Source: an uncultured Gammaproteobacteria bacterium (GTDB lineage: Bacteria > Patescibacteriota > Microgenomatia > UBA8517). From it: a stretch of DNA of 64,000 bases. The notes under the pieces are model-generated. The model was given only the letters and a program-made list of their open reading frames with translations, had not been told where the DNA came from and did no database searches. The translations under genes and the position numbers were made by a program. The stretch's first letter is position 1; the number at the start of each line of letters is the position of its first letter. Below, piece after piece: positions 42,540 through 52,012 of the stretch. The DNA lies in NCBI GenBank assembly GCA_964541395.1, contig CAZIPM010000006.1:7169-71168 (forward strand), given 5' to 3'.

Positions 42540-43793
42540 CTATTTAACAGCATTAGCAGCATTAACTCTTCCTTTAGACCAGTATGTTCCAGTTCCCGAA
42601 ATTTTGTCTGTAGTCGACTCAAGATGGGTTCTCACTGCTGAAGCTGAAATCCCGTAATTTGTTGACCAGATAAGACCGACTACTCCCGAAACAATTGGTG
42701 TTGACATTGATGTTCCTGAAGCATATTTATAACATCCTGTTGTGTCGCATTCCGGCTGCGGGTTGGCATTACTTGTTGTTCCTTTCCAAGTTGAATAAAC
42801 AAAAACTCCAGGGGCAGCTACATCCACCCATTTAGCACCATAGCTTGAAAAATAGGCCCTTTTATCCTGGTTATCCGTAGCAGCTACCGCAATAACGTTT
42901 GTATATGCGGCAGGATATGTTTTGGATGGATTGTTTGAGTTTCCGGCAGCAGCGACAACAACCACTCCATTTTTCCATGCGTAATTGACTGCCCTCTCAA
43001 GAGTTCTTGATGAAGATGAACCACCCAAACTCATATTGATTACTTTTGCACCGTTAATTGTAGCCCAAGTTATACCGTTGGCTATCCAAGAATAAGCGCC
43101 TGACCCGTTATCATTTAAAACCTTTCCATTGAGAAGTGTACAGTTAGGACAAACTCCAGCTACTCCTTTACCATTGTTAGTATTGGCAGCGACAATACCC
43201 GCAACATGGGATCCATGACCATAGACATCGTTAGTGCCAGATGTTAATGAACCGGTGAAGTCTTGACGTCCCACAACTTTTCCAGTTAAATCTTGATGGC
43301 TTTCATTTATCCCGGTATCAAGGATAGCCACTTTTACATTACCTAATTCTGTATCCCAAGCAGTTGAAGCATCGATATCTGCATCTTCCACTCCCACAAC
43401 ACCGTTAATAACTTGTTTCGTATTTTCGAATCCCCACTGTCTATTGAAATATGTATCATCTGGGGTAAAAAATGTCTCGGCAGTATAATCTAATTCCGCA
43501 TACTCCACATGAGGATTTCTGGATAGTGCAGTAGCTACTTTTTCTTCTGCTGCCTGAGGAACCTGCAAGACCAAAACCCCAAGAACATCAAGTTTATTAA
43601 CTACCTGCGCTCTATTATTTCTTAACAAACCATCCCTCTCTGTCTGAGAAACTCCATCCTTAAAACTTACAAGGATTCGGCCGGGAACATGATTGCTGTT
43701 ATCTTGGGCTTTTGCTTGAAAAGAAAAGAGATTAAAAAGACCAAAAGGAAAGATTATAAATGAGGTAACTAAGAGAATAGTTAATTTCTTCAT
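42540..43793 (-). CDS. Secreted subtilisin (S8, thermitase-like)
   Basis: Signal peptide, I9 propeptide, LDTG, HGSHVAG, AAGN, SGTSMS. Confidence 0.95.
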   Translation of the reverse strand: MKKLTILLVTSFIIFPFGLFNLFSFQAKAQDNSNHVPGRILVSFKDGVSQTERDGLLRNNRAQVVNKLDVLGVLVLQVPQAAEEKVATALSRNPHVEYAELDYTAETFFTPDDTYFNRQWGFENTKQVINGVVGVEDADIDASTAWDTELGNVKVAILDTGINESHQDLTGKVVGRQDFTGSLTSGTNDVYGHGSHVAGIVAANTNNGKGVAGVCPNCTLLNGKVLNDNGSGAYSWIANGITWATINGAKVINMSLGGSSSSRTLERAVNYAWKNGVVVVAAAGNSNNPSKTYPAAYTNVIAVAATDNQDKRAYFSSYGAKWVDVAAPGVFVYSTWKGTTSNANPQPECDTTGCYKYASGTSMSTPIVSGVVGLIWSTNYGISASAVRTHLESTTDKISGTGTYWSKGRVNAANAVK

Positions 43794-43850
43794 ATTAACA
43801 GCTTAAATTTATTATACATGTACTTGTGTGATAAATGAAGCAGTTATTAC

Positions 43851-46800
43851 CTAAATTGCAGTTAAAGAGAAGTCGTCTACATAAATTGTGGCATTAAGAC
43901 TAGACACTACCATTTTAACCACCGCTTTAGTCGCGCCTGTCGGTGCTGTAATAGCTTTTGTTACTTCATTCCAAACCCCTGCCGTTGCTACGGTATATGA
44001 TTTAATAAGTACTGTGGACAAATTAGATCCGCTTGAATTCTGCCATGTTATTTTGATGCTAAAGGTAAAGGCATCAGATGTCGTGGGAATATTCACCCAT
44101 CCGCCAAAATTATAATTCCCTCCAGCACTTATACCGTTTATTATCTGGCTTATTGTCCAACCACTATTATCAGTAGCCAAATGTCTGCCACTGAAATTTT
44201 CGCTTCTCACAATTACGCCAGACTTGGTAAATTTAGCATTAGATGTCCAATTGTCTGGTCTTGAGTCTGTATTTGTATCCAACTCAAATCCCGGATTAAC
44301 AACCAAGTTTCCTGCTGGAGTTGGAGTCGCTGACGGAGTACTGGTTGGAATTGATGTGGGAGTAACAGTCGGCGTTGGTTGAGGAGTTCCTGTTCCCAAC
44401 AAAACTACTAATTCTGGTTTATTGGAACTTGCTTCACTTGACTGATAAAAAACGGCATCGGTACTTGTGCTTGTAATAATAAAGCTGTAAATTCCGTTTC
44501 CGGTGATGGCTGGAGTAACATCGAATTCAACCCAGTTATTAAGTGCTGCATTACCCACAGTTGCATAGGCTGGGCTAATTACTTCCGGTGTGTTATTCCA
44601 ATTAAGACCACTTTCAACCCAGGGAGTTGTTGTACCTAAATAATTATTTGAGGCCAAGAAAATAGTCCCACCAACAGAACTTGCATCAGAAACATTCAAT
44701 CGGATTTTTGCACTTTGTACCTGACTGGTAATTCCGTTGACGTCAAATTTAAGTAACGATTTCATAGAAATCGACCCGGCTTTAACTTTAAGTACCGTAT
44801 TAGTTCCAAAATTTGTAGTAGGTACATCACTTTTAACAAAAGAGTCGTGTGAAGGTTGCAAAGTAAGTGTTGATGGTGGTGTTGTTGGCGTAGCAGTTGG
44901 AGTAACTGAGGGCGTTGGTGAAGCAGTTGGAGTAGGTAAAATTACGGGATTGACTGTAATTGTATTTGATACTTTTTCATTTCCAGCAAAGTCGAGTGCT
45001 TTTGCATTAAGTGTGTGTGTTCCCCCAATGGCGTTGTATTCAAAAATATACGGAGGTAGTGCATCCGTACCCAGATACTGTCCGTCCAAAAAGAAATCTA
45101 CTCTATTGACTACTGAATTATCAGTGGCTGTTACCTTAATTGGTACATTTCCTGAATGGTTAGAATTATTTAGAGGATTGGTAATTAACACATCTGGGAC
45201 CAAAGTATCCAATTTTTCAAAGTGTACTCCATCAAAATGAATGATAAAACCGTAGTCCCAAGTATCATTGTGAAATTCAACTTGATCGATATCATTTAAG
45301 CTTATATTTCCTGTTTTTGTCCTTTTCCAGACACTGTCCCCGCTTAATGGAATTGTAAATCTCTGCCAACGGTCAAGGGCTAAATTCATTTTTTCCGTAT
45401 CTGCCTGGTATTTGAAATAATTACCGTTTGCATCTTTTAAAATTATCCAGGGTGATCGGTTTTGAAAATCGTTTGGACTTGCATTTTGTGCATAAGCCCA
45501 AAAAACCAAATTTTTACCATTAAGATTAAGGTTAGCATTTCCCGCCGCAGGATAAGCAAAGTAAGTATCAAAGCCTCCGTCGGTAACAAACCTAATGGAG
45601 CTTGCTCCTGTTTTAACCAATCCAGTGTAATTTTCCAAAGAACATAAAGCCCCTTCCGCCCAACAGCTCCAGGAGGAGGCGTTGTTTTCCGCTAAATCGA
45701 TATCTTTTATAAAACCTAATCCGTCAAAATAAATTGTAAATCCGGCTCCCCAAGTATCGTTATGGATTTCAATCTGGTCGATATCAGACATGCTGGGAGT
45801 ACCACTAGTCGTTCTGACCCAATCGGGACTACCAGTCAAAGGAATATTAAATTCCTTCCAATTATTTATGGCGGAATTCATTGAATCATTTGAAGACTCA
45901 TACCTGAAAAAGCTGCCGTTGTTGTTTTTTAAATAGATAACAATAGGTCCTTGAAATAGCGATTCATTACTATTAATCGCATATGCCGAAAAAGATAAAC
46001 TCGTAAAGCCGTTTAAATTCCAATTGGCGTTATTTGCGGTCGGATAGCGAACCCATGTGTCAAATGGACCATCTGTGTCAAACTTAACCGATGAAGCACC
46101 TTCTGCTACTTTCTGATTATCATCGGTTAGGGAGCACGTTCCCTCTTCAGCCCAACAAGACCAGGTTGAGGCATTATTTTCAGTTAAATCCTGCTCAATG
46201 AATGCTGTAGGATTATTAAATAAATAACCGGTTTTATAACTTTCAACATCTGCAATATACCTCCACCAGTTGGCTAAAGCCTTGTCCTTAATACCTGCCA
46301 TAAAAGGCATATGACTATACCAATAAATAAACCATTCATAACTGGAACAACCCCACTCCAAACAATTCTTTGTTTGTCTGTCCCCTGTCATATCAGGAAA
46401 ATTAAACCAATCCGCAGCATTTGTCGAAGCATAAACTTGACTATCGCGGATATAATCAATACCAAACGGGGCATTAAAAGGATCATGAGCTGTTCCTACT
46501 CCACCCAATCCAGGTTCCCATCTTTCTTGTGCAGTAAAGGCATCCCAATCATGCAGAACCTGACCTTCTCCGGGAAAGATATGCCAACCGTCATAATTTC
46601 TTCGAATAATCGATTCCGCCCGGTGACCGTAGGACTCTAAAGCTTCTGGCATGCCTCTCTCAAAGTTTAAACCCATAATAACAAAGGCTTTACTATTTAC
46701 ACCGTTAACAGGATTTCCATTTATCCAATAGGCGCCATTACCTGCCATAGCCGATTCCCAACATCCTTCGCCGGGACCAGCCCATTGCCAAACCTCATCT

Positions 46801-48014
46801 ACATTTCCATCGTTAACCTTTTGTTCTATACCGTTTCTGTTTATAAAATCGTTATAGTCAATACACCCCATCGTCCAATTTCCATTATTAGTTTCATTAA
46901 TATACTGTTCATCAGTATATCTTTGTCCGTTTTCATGCAGTAGCCATTCATCTCGCACAATGATCTCGACAATCTCATATTTTGCAATTCCATGAGATGA
47001 AACATTCAGATCATTAATCATTAAATTTGTTAATATTGAAGGGTCATTCCAACCACCACTACTATAGTAATTATGAAGTCTAACCCCACCGAAGTTCTCT
47101 AAAATAGGATCATTAATAACAACCATTAATTTAATTTTCATCTCTTCAGGATTATCAGGCCCTCCGAATACAGGGGGTTGTGTCGGGGTAGGAGTTGGAG
47201 CAACAGTGGGCGATGGTGTTGGAGTGACTGTGGGAGTTGGAGTTGGTGTCGGACCTCCTCCTGAAGGGTTTATGACCACGCCAGCAGCCACCCAATCGGT
47301 TTTATCAGATAATGTTTGATTTAATGTGTCAGATCCGCTATTTACAAAAGCTCTGTCATGAATATAAAGTCTCGTTCTTTTTTCAACAGTCCCGGCAATA
47401 TTATTAGCCCTTTCCGTATAATCGGGATCAGGTATGGTTATTGTTCTCATCCTGACACCGGATGCAGTATATAAAGTCGTGTTATTCTGTGCTGATGTCA
47501 AAGTCAGTTTTAAATTTGCATTAGTAGTTCCCCCACTACATGCGCCGTTAAGACCTACTGTATTTTCTCCAATAGCACCACTTACAGGATTAGCAGGATC
47601 AGCTCCGGAATAACGGCTAACTGATACTGTTGCTGCTTGAGTTGTAGAGGTAAAATTTACTGTAACAGTACCGGATGAAGGTGAACCAAATGCTTTCCAA
47701 ATTTCAATTCCGGTCGTATTCGCACTAGCACATTGTGCTTTTATTTCAGACCAGGTCAGACCTAGACCTGTTACGGAATTAACATTAACATTCAAATAAT
47801 TATTGACCGCCACCAAATAAAGTTGATTTGTTCCACCATTTACCGAAGGGGTGACAACGGATGCCGTATTTGTTGCTATAGAACTGACTGTCTGTTGATG
47901 AATCGGTGAGGTTGTAGCATAAATATTGTTATTCTGAAATGCGCTAAAAAATAATGCCCCTGCCAGAAGAATTGATAAAAAGAAGAGCACAAATAAATTC
48001 TTAAAAACTACCAC
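43851..48014 (-). CDS. Large secreted modular protein (putative metallo-domain, two repeated CBM-like domains, Ig-like, DNRLRE/CBM96-like, CBM4/9-like)
   Basis: Signal peptide, PT linkers, ESYGHRAES, duplicated DLxENNASxWSCWAE...HNDTW module, ITNPLNN Ig, NLVVNPGFE. Confidence 0.75.
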   Translation of the reverse strand: MVVFKNLFVLFFLSILLAGALFFSAFQNNNIYATTSPIHQQTVSSIATNTASVVTPSVNGGTNQLYLVAVNNYLNVNVNSVTGLGLTWSEIKAQCASANTTGIEIWKAFGSPSSGTVTVNFTSTTQAATVSVSRYSGADPANPVSGAIGENTVGLNGACSGGTTNANLKLTLTSAQNNTTLYTASGVRMRTITIPDPDYTERANNIAGTVEKRTRLYIHDRAFVNSGSDTLNQTLSDKTDWVAAGVVINPSGGGPTPTPTPTVTPTPSPTVAPTPTPTQPPVFGGPDNPEEMKIKLMVVINDPILENFGGVRLHNYYSSGGWNDPSILTNLMINDLNVSSHGIAKYEIVEIIVRDEWLLHENGQRYTDEQYINETNNGNWTMGCIDYNDFINRNGIEQKVNDGNVDEVWQWAGPGEGCWESAMAGNGAYWINGNPVNGVNSKAFVIMGLNFERGMPEALESYGHRAESIIRRNYDGWHIFPGEGQVLHDWDAFTAQERWEPGLGGVGTAHDPFNAPFGIDYIRDSQVYASTNAADWFNFPDMTGDRQTKNCLEWGCSSYEWFIYWYSHMPFMAGIKDKALANWWRYIADVESYKTGYLFNNPTAFIEQDLTENNASTWSCWAEEGTCSLTDDNQKVAEGASSVKFDTDGPFDTWVRYPTANNANWNLNGFTSLSFSAYAINSNESLFQGPIVIYLKNNNGSFFRYESSNDSMNSAINNWKEFNIPLTGSPDWVRTTSGTPSMSDIDQIEIHNDTWGAGFTIYFDGLGFIKDIDLAENNASSWSCWAEGALCSLENYTGLVKTGASSIRFVTDGGFDTYFAYPAAGNANLNLNGKNLVFWAYAQNASPNDFQNRSPWIILKDANGNYFKYQADTEKMNLALDRWQRFTIPLSGDSVWKRTKTGNISLNDIDQVEFHNDTWDYGFIIHFDGVHFEKLDTLVPDVLITNPLNNSNHSGNVPIKVTATDNSVVNRVDFFLDGQYLGTDALPPYIFEYNAIGGTHTLNAKALDFAGNEKVSNTITVNPVILPTPTASPTPSVTPTATPTTPPSTLTLQPSHDSFVKSDVPTTNFGTNTVLKVKAGSISMKSLLKFDVNGITSQVQSAKIRLNVSDASSVGGTIFLASNNYLGTTTPWVESGLNWNNTPEVISPAYATVGNAALNNWVEFDVTPAITGNGIYSFIITSTSTDAVFYQSSEASSNKPELVVLLGTGTPQPTPTVTPTSIPTSTPSATPTPAGNLVVNPGFELDTNTDSRPDNWTSNAKFTKSGVIVRSENFSGRHLATDNSGWTISQIINGISAGGNYNFGGWVNIPTTSDAFTFSIKITWQNSSGSNLSTVLIKSYTVATAGVWNEVTKAITAPTGATKAVVKMVVSSLNATIYVDDFSLTAI

Positions 48015-48056
48015 CTTAATACGTTTTAAATCTTAATTAATTAATTGTCAAGTAAT

Positions 48057-48091
48057 ATCGTACCCGCTTGTACTAGTATTGCGGGTACGAT
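48057..48091. terminator. Hairpin terminator
   Basis: atcgtacccgc...gcgggtacgat inverted repeat. Confidence 0.75.
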
Positions 48092-48109
48092 TTAAATCGT
48101 AGAGTTAAC

Positions 48110-48565
48110 TTACATACCTCCTGGTCCCATACCTCTCGGTCCGTGACCTCCAAACCCTAAATATTCTCTAAGTTTGGTTTCATCTATGCCCTGTTCTGAA
48201 AACCACTTCTGCATTTCCTCCCTGTTTTGCATCCTCTCTGTCCGACGCTCTTCCATTTTGCTTAAAAGTGTATTCTTCTGATCTTCGGTTATTACTCCAT
48301 CTGATACAGCTTGATTTAGTCTGTTCTCTCTGTTCTTTCCCATTTCGGATCGTTTTTCGTCCATGACTGCATCAAATACCGCCTGGACATCGGATGTGTC
48401 AAGATTAAATTTTTCGGCAATTTTGCTTACCAAAACATCATGTGGTGTTGTGTCTTGTGCGTTTACAAAACTGCTCCCAAAATAACCTGCAGAGATTAAT
48501 ACCCCCAAGGTAAGCACTGTCATTAACATTTTTTTACCCCTATTTGGTACTATACTATTTTCCAT
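48110..48565 (-). CDS. Secreted helical protein (Spy/CpxP-like stress protein candidate)
   Basis: Signal peptide, LNQAVSDGVITEDQ, Gly/Met-rich tail. Confidence 0.6.
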   Translation of the reverse strand: MENSIVPNRGKKMLMTVLTLGVLISAGYFGSSFVNAQDTTPHDVLVSKIAEKFNLDTSDVQAVFDAVMDEKRSEMGKNRENRLNQAVSDGVITEDQKNTLLSKMEERRTERMQNREEMQKWFSEQGIDETKLREYLGFGGHGPRGMGPGGM

Positions 48566-48603
48566 TAATTATCACCCCCGATCATACAGATATTTTAAAT
48601 AAG

Positions 48604-49545
48604 TTAACTGAAGATAACCTTAAAAGTGGATCCAATTCCCGGTTTACTAAAAACTTTAATCGATGCATCATGCATTTGGGCAATCTGTTTGGCAATTGAA
48701 AGACCAAGTCCAAAACCGTCTTTATTTCTTGCCTTGTCACTTCTGAAAAATCTATCAAATATGTGTGAAAGATCCGATTCTAAAATACCTATTCCTCTAT
48801 CGGTAACCTCCAGTATTTTAGTTTTATTTATATTTGCAACCTTAACCTCTATACTTTTTTCATCTTTTGAATACTTAAAAGCATTGTCTAACAAGATTGA
48901 GGTTAGTTCAAACAATGAATTTTCGTTTCCAAAGACAATTGTTTTTTCTAAAACCAGTTTTACTTTTCTTTTTCCGACTGCTTTTTTTACAATCTGTGCC
49001 AAATCAACATCTTTAAATTCAATACTAAACGATCCTTCCTGATATCTGTTAAGCTTCAAAAGATAATTTGAAAGATTAGTCATTCTGTTGACTTCTTCCA
49101 AATTACTCCTAAGAAGTTTTTTAGTATCTACCAATGATAAACCAGAGTTCCTCAAGGCAACTTCTATTTCCGATTTTAATGAGGTTAATGGAGTGCGAAG
49201 TTCATGACTGGCGTTACTGACAAAATCTTTTTGATCATCCATCATTTCAGAAATTGGATTCAATGTTTTTCCTGCCAAGAAATATCCGGAGATACCAGAA
49301 GCTGCTAAAATAATTGCATTTAAAGACATTAAGGTTAAAAATACCCTGGACTTAGTTTCTGTGATTATTTCAGGGTCAATTAAAAAAGAGATTCCCGGAC
49401 GTCTTAATCTTTGCATTCTTTCAATACGGGTCAGCTCATAAGTTGCACCATGATAAATAATCAAACTGAAAAACATAGATATAGCCATAATAATAGCCAA
49501 ATAATAGATAGTTAATTTGGTACGAGCGTTAGTAAATAAATTCAT
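48604..49545 (-). CDS. Sensor histidine kinase
   Basis: 2 TMs, ASHELRTPL, DNAFKY, DRGIG, FDRFFR, GLGLSI. Confidence 0.95.
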   Translation of the reverse strand: MNLFTNARTKLTIYYLAIIMAISMFFSLIIYHGATYELTRIERMQRLRRPGISFLIDPEIITETKSRVFLTLMSLNAIILAASGISGYFLAGKTLNPISEMMDDQKDFVSNASHELRTPLTSLKSEIEVALRNSGLSLVDTKKLLRSNLEEVNRMTNLSNYLLKLNRYQEGSFSIEFKDVDLAQIVKKAVGKRKVKLVLEKTIVFGNENSLFELTSILLDNAFKYSKDEKSIEVKVANINKTKILEVTDRGIGILESDLSHIFDRFFRSDKARNKDGFGLGLSIAKQIAQMHDASIKVFSKPGIGSTFKVIFS

Positions 49546-50225
49546 ATTTTATTTTTCTTAACATTATGAGATGGGTTAAATTGATAGCCAAATCCCCTGA
49601 TTGTTCTGATAATATTTTTACCAATCTTTTTTCTTAAATAAGCAATAAAAACCTCAACAGTGTTTGGAAGAATTTCCGCTTCGTAATCCCAAACATGGGA
49701 AATAATGTTTTCTTTAGTAAAAATTTTTCCCCGATTTCTCATCAGGTATTCCAAAAGTGCAAATTCTTTCCTGGATAAGTTCAATACCTTGCCGTTCTTC
49801 TTTACTTCAAAACTGTTGCTGTCTAAAGTAAGGTCACCTTCTGTTAATAACTGTGATACTGTTTTTTTAGGTCTTCTGGAAAGAGCCTTTACTCTGGCTA
49901 AAAGTTCTTCAAATGCAAATGGTTTAACTAGGTAATCATCGGCTCCTCTATTAAGGCCGTCCACTTTATCAGCCAATTCTCCCCTAGCGGTCAAAATCAG
50001 GACAGGGGTGTGAATTCCGTTTTCCCTGAGTTTTCCACATATAGTAGAACCATCCATTTTGGGAAGCATTAGATCTAAAACTATTACGTCATAATCTTCG
50101 CTTGAGGCCAAATCAAAACCTTCCAGACCGTCATAGGCAACGTCCACGACCCATGCTTCAATTTCAAAACCCCGCTTTATGGAATTGGCAATTTTATGTT
50201 CATCTTCTACTACTAAAATCTTCAT
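49542..50225 (-). CDS. OmpR/PhoB family response regulator
   Basis: VEDE, LDLMLP, LTA, KPF, winged helix (TIRGFGY). Confidence 0.95.
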   Translation of the reverse strand: MKILVVEDEHKIANSIKRGFEIEAWVVDVAYDGLEGFDLASSEDYDVIVLDLMLPKMDGSTICGKLRENGIHTPVLILTARGELADKVDGLNRGADDYLVKPFAFEELLARVKALSRRPKKTVSQLLTEGDLTLDSNSFEVKKNGKVLNLSRKEFALLEYLMRNRGKIFTKENIISHVWDYEAEILPNTVEVFIAYLRKKIGKNIIRTIRGFGYQFNPSHNVKKNKI

Positions 50226-50339
50226 TCAGTTCATAATTATACCCCTGAAACTGAAAACAAACTTAAAAATGACTTAACATATCAGAAAACTTTAAAATAT
50301 ACTACATCCGGAAGAAAATTTAATATTTAAAAATTCAAA

Positions 50340-50591
50340 CTAAAGTTTACTTTTTAAAGTTTTTTTTACTTCCTTAACTTTTTCTTTCCCCTGTGAAGTT
50401 AACTCATCTACTTTATTTTGTAAGTCAGAATAAACTTTCTGTCCGTCTTTTTTGTATTCGTTAAATTTTTTTGATATTTTCTTGCGGGTCTTTTCATCAG
50501 ACAGTGCTACTGCAGTTGCTCCAACTGCTGCTCCAACAACAGCTCCTACTATACCAGCTGTTACTGAATTAACCCTTTTTTTATTTGTCAT
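50340..50591 (-). CDS. YtxH-like protein
   Basis: GAVVGAAVGA followed by a charged helix. Confidence 0.7.
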   Translation of the reverse strand: MTNKKRVNSVTAGIVGAVVGAAVGATAVALSDEKTRKKISKKFNEYKKDGQKVYSDLQNKVDELTSQGKEKVKEVKKTLKSKL

Positions 50592-50850
50592 CTATTTTCA
50601 CCGCCCTTCTGGCTTCTGGTTCTTTTGACTTTTTACTTTTATTTAAAAAAACACTAGTTAAAGCCATTACACCACCTTTAATTAAGTTTTTTACATCATC
50701 TATATCTTTGGTTATATCGTCTATCTTCTCGAGTATTGATGTTAACCTCTTCAAAGTCTGAGATAAAGAGAATGCGGAATATGACACAAATCCTACCAAG
50801 ACCAGAAAACCTAGACCCACAGAATAAGAAAGAAAATCAAATGAAGACAT
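50581..50850 (-). CDS. Small membrane protein (DUF948-like)
   Basis: TM plus coiled coil; upstream of the YtxH-like gene. Confidence 0.55.
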   Translation of the reverse strand: MSSFDFLSYSVGLGFLVLVGFVSYSAFSLSQTLKRLTSILEKIDDITKDIDDVKNLIKGGVMALTSVFLNKSKKSKEPEARRAVKIDDK

Positions 50851-50907
50851 GGTTCATCATATCATACTTCTCAGTAAGATATCTATCACCTATACTTATT
50901 AAACATT

Positions 50908-51744
50908 ATGAGTACAGGATTTAAATTTATATTTTTCAACTTTTTAATATTTATTTATTTTATATTTCCTTTGAATTCAATTATGGCGTCAAATTTAAAA
51001 GATCAAAAAACCGTACTTATACTCCACGGGTGGCCTCAGCCAGTCGAAGAAAATTCTTCCAATAATATATTTTTGGAATACTTCAGGCAAAATAATTACA
51101 ATATAGTTGCCCCAAAACTCTTTATCAAAGAATTTAAATTAACATCAGAAGATTCAAAAAAGTATATAAAAGAAAAACTAAACGAGGTAAAACCGGACGT
51201 AATTGTGGGGGTTGACTTAGGAGGTATACTTACACCCATAATTGCGGAGGATTATCCTCAAGCAAAGCTTGTATTAATTGCAACAAACCCCAAAATGAAG
51301 CCTGAAACAAAAGGTCTAAAGACTATTTTAGATCTAGTAAAAAATAAAAATTATATTCAAATTTTAGATAGATTTAAATTTTTACCCCAAAAAATATTTT
51401 TCAATTTTTATCAATTTATTATTCCGTTAACTGGCAATGCAAACGGCAGAGATAAATATTTGGCCGATATCAAAACAAATATAAATTACATCATAGCGAT
51501 TCCACTTTCAGAGGAATCGGAAGTTGTAAAATTTGTAACTACTACAGATAACACCGAGCTTCTTAAAACTTTAAATAACAAAGCAATTGTCTTTTCTGGC
51601 AAAAACGATTTATTGATGCCAAACGATAATGATAATGGTTTCAAAAAGTTGTTGAAAAACAGTTTGTTGATAGAAACTGATGGTGGCCACTTTGGAGTTT
51701 TTACTAAAAATAACTTTTCAGATCTAAATGCTTTTTTGGATTAA
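50908..51744 (+). CDS. Alpha/beta hydrolase fold protein
   Basis: LHGW, GVDLGG elbow, GKND, GGH. Confidence 0.75.
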   Translation: MSTGFKFIFFNFLIFIYFIFPLNSIMASNLKDQKTVLILHGWPQPVEENSSNNIFLEYFRQNNYNIVAPKLFIKEFKLTSEDSKKYIKEKLNEVKPDVIVGVDLGGILTPIIAEDYPQAKLVLIATNPKMKPETKGLKTILDLVKNKNYIQILDRFKFLPQKIFFNFYQFIIPLTGNANGRDKYLADIKTNINYIIAIPLSEESEVVKFVTTTDNTELLKTLNNKAIVFSGKNDLLMPNDNDNGFKKLLKNSLLIETDGGHFGVFTKNNFSDLNAFLD

Positions 51745-51794
51745 AACCTAACTTACTCTGTATTTATCTAATTAGTATCTCCCTCAATAAACGC

Positions 51795-51968
51795 CTATTG
51801 TTTTCCTAACTTGTCAATTCTTCTATTGATGTTATTAAAACTGTCACTAATTTCATTTCTGAAATTACTCAATTCAGAAGCTAATTTACCAATCTTATTT
51901 AGTAATTCATCCTTTAAATCACTTTGGCCATTTATTATTTTAGCTAACATTTTCTGAGTATCATCCAT
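51795..51968 (-). pseudogene. Short coiled-coil ORF, possibly truncated
   Basis: MDDTQKMLAKIINGQS...RRIDKLGKQ* (57 aa, below the ORF-track cutoff). Confidence 0.4.
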
Positions 51969-52012
51969 TGATACAATATTATCCAGATATTTCTTAATTT
52001 CAAGATGTCTTA

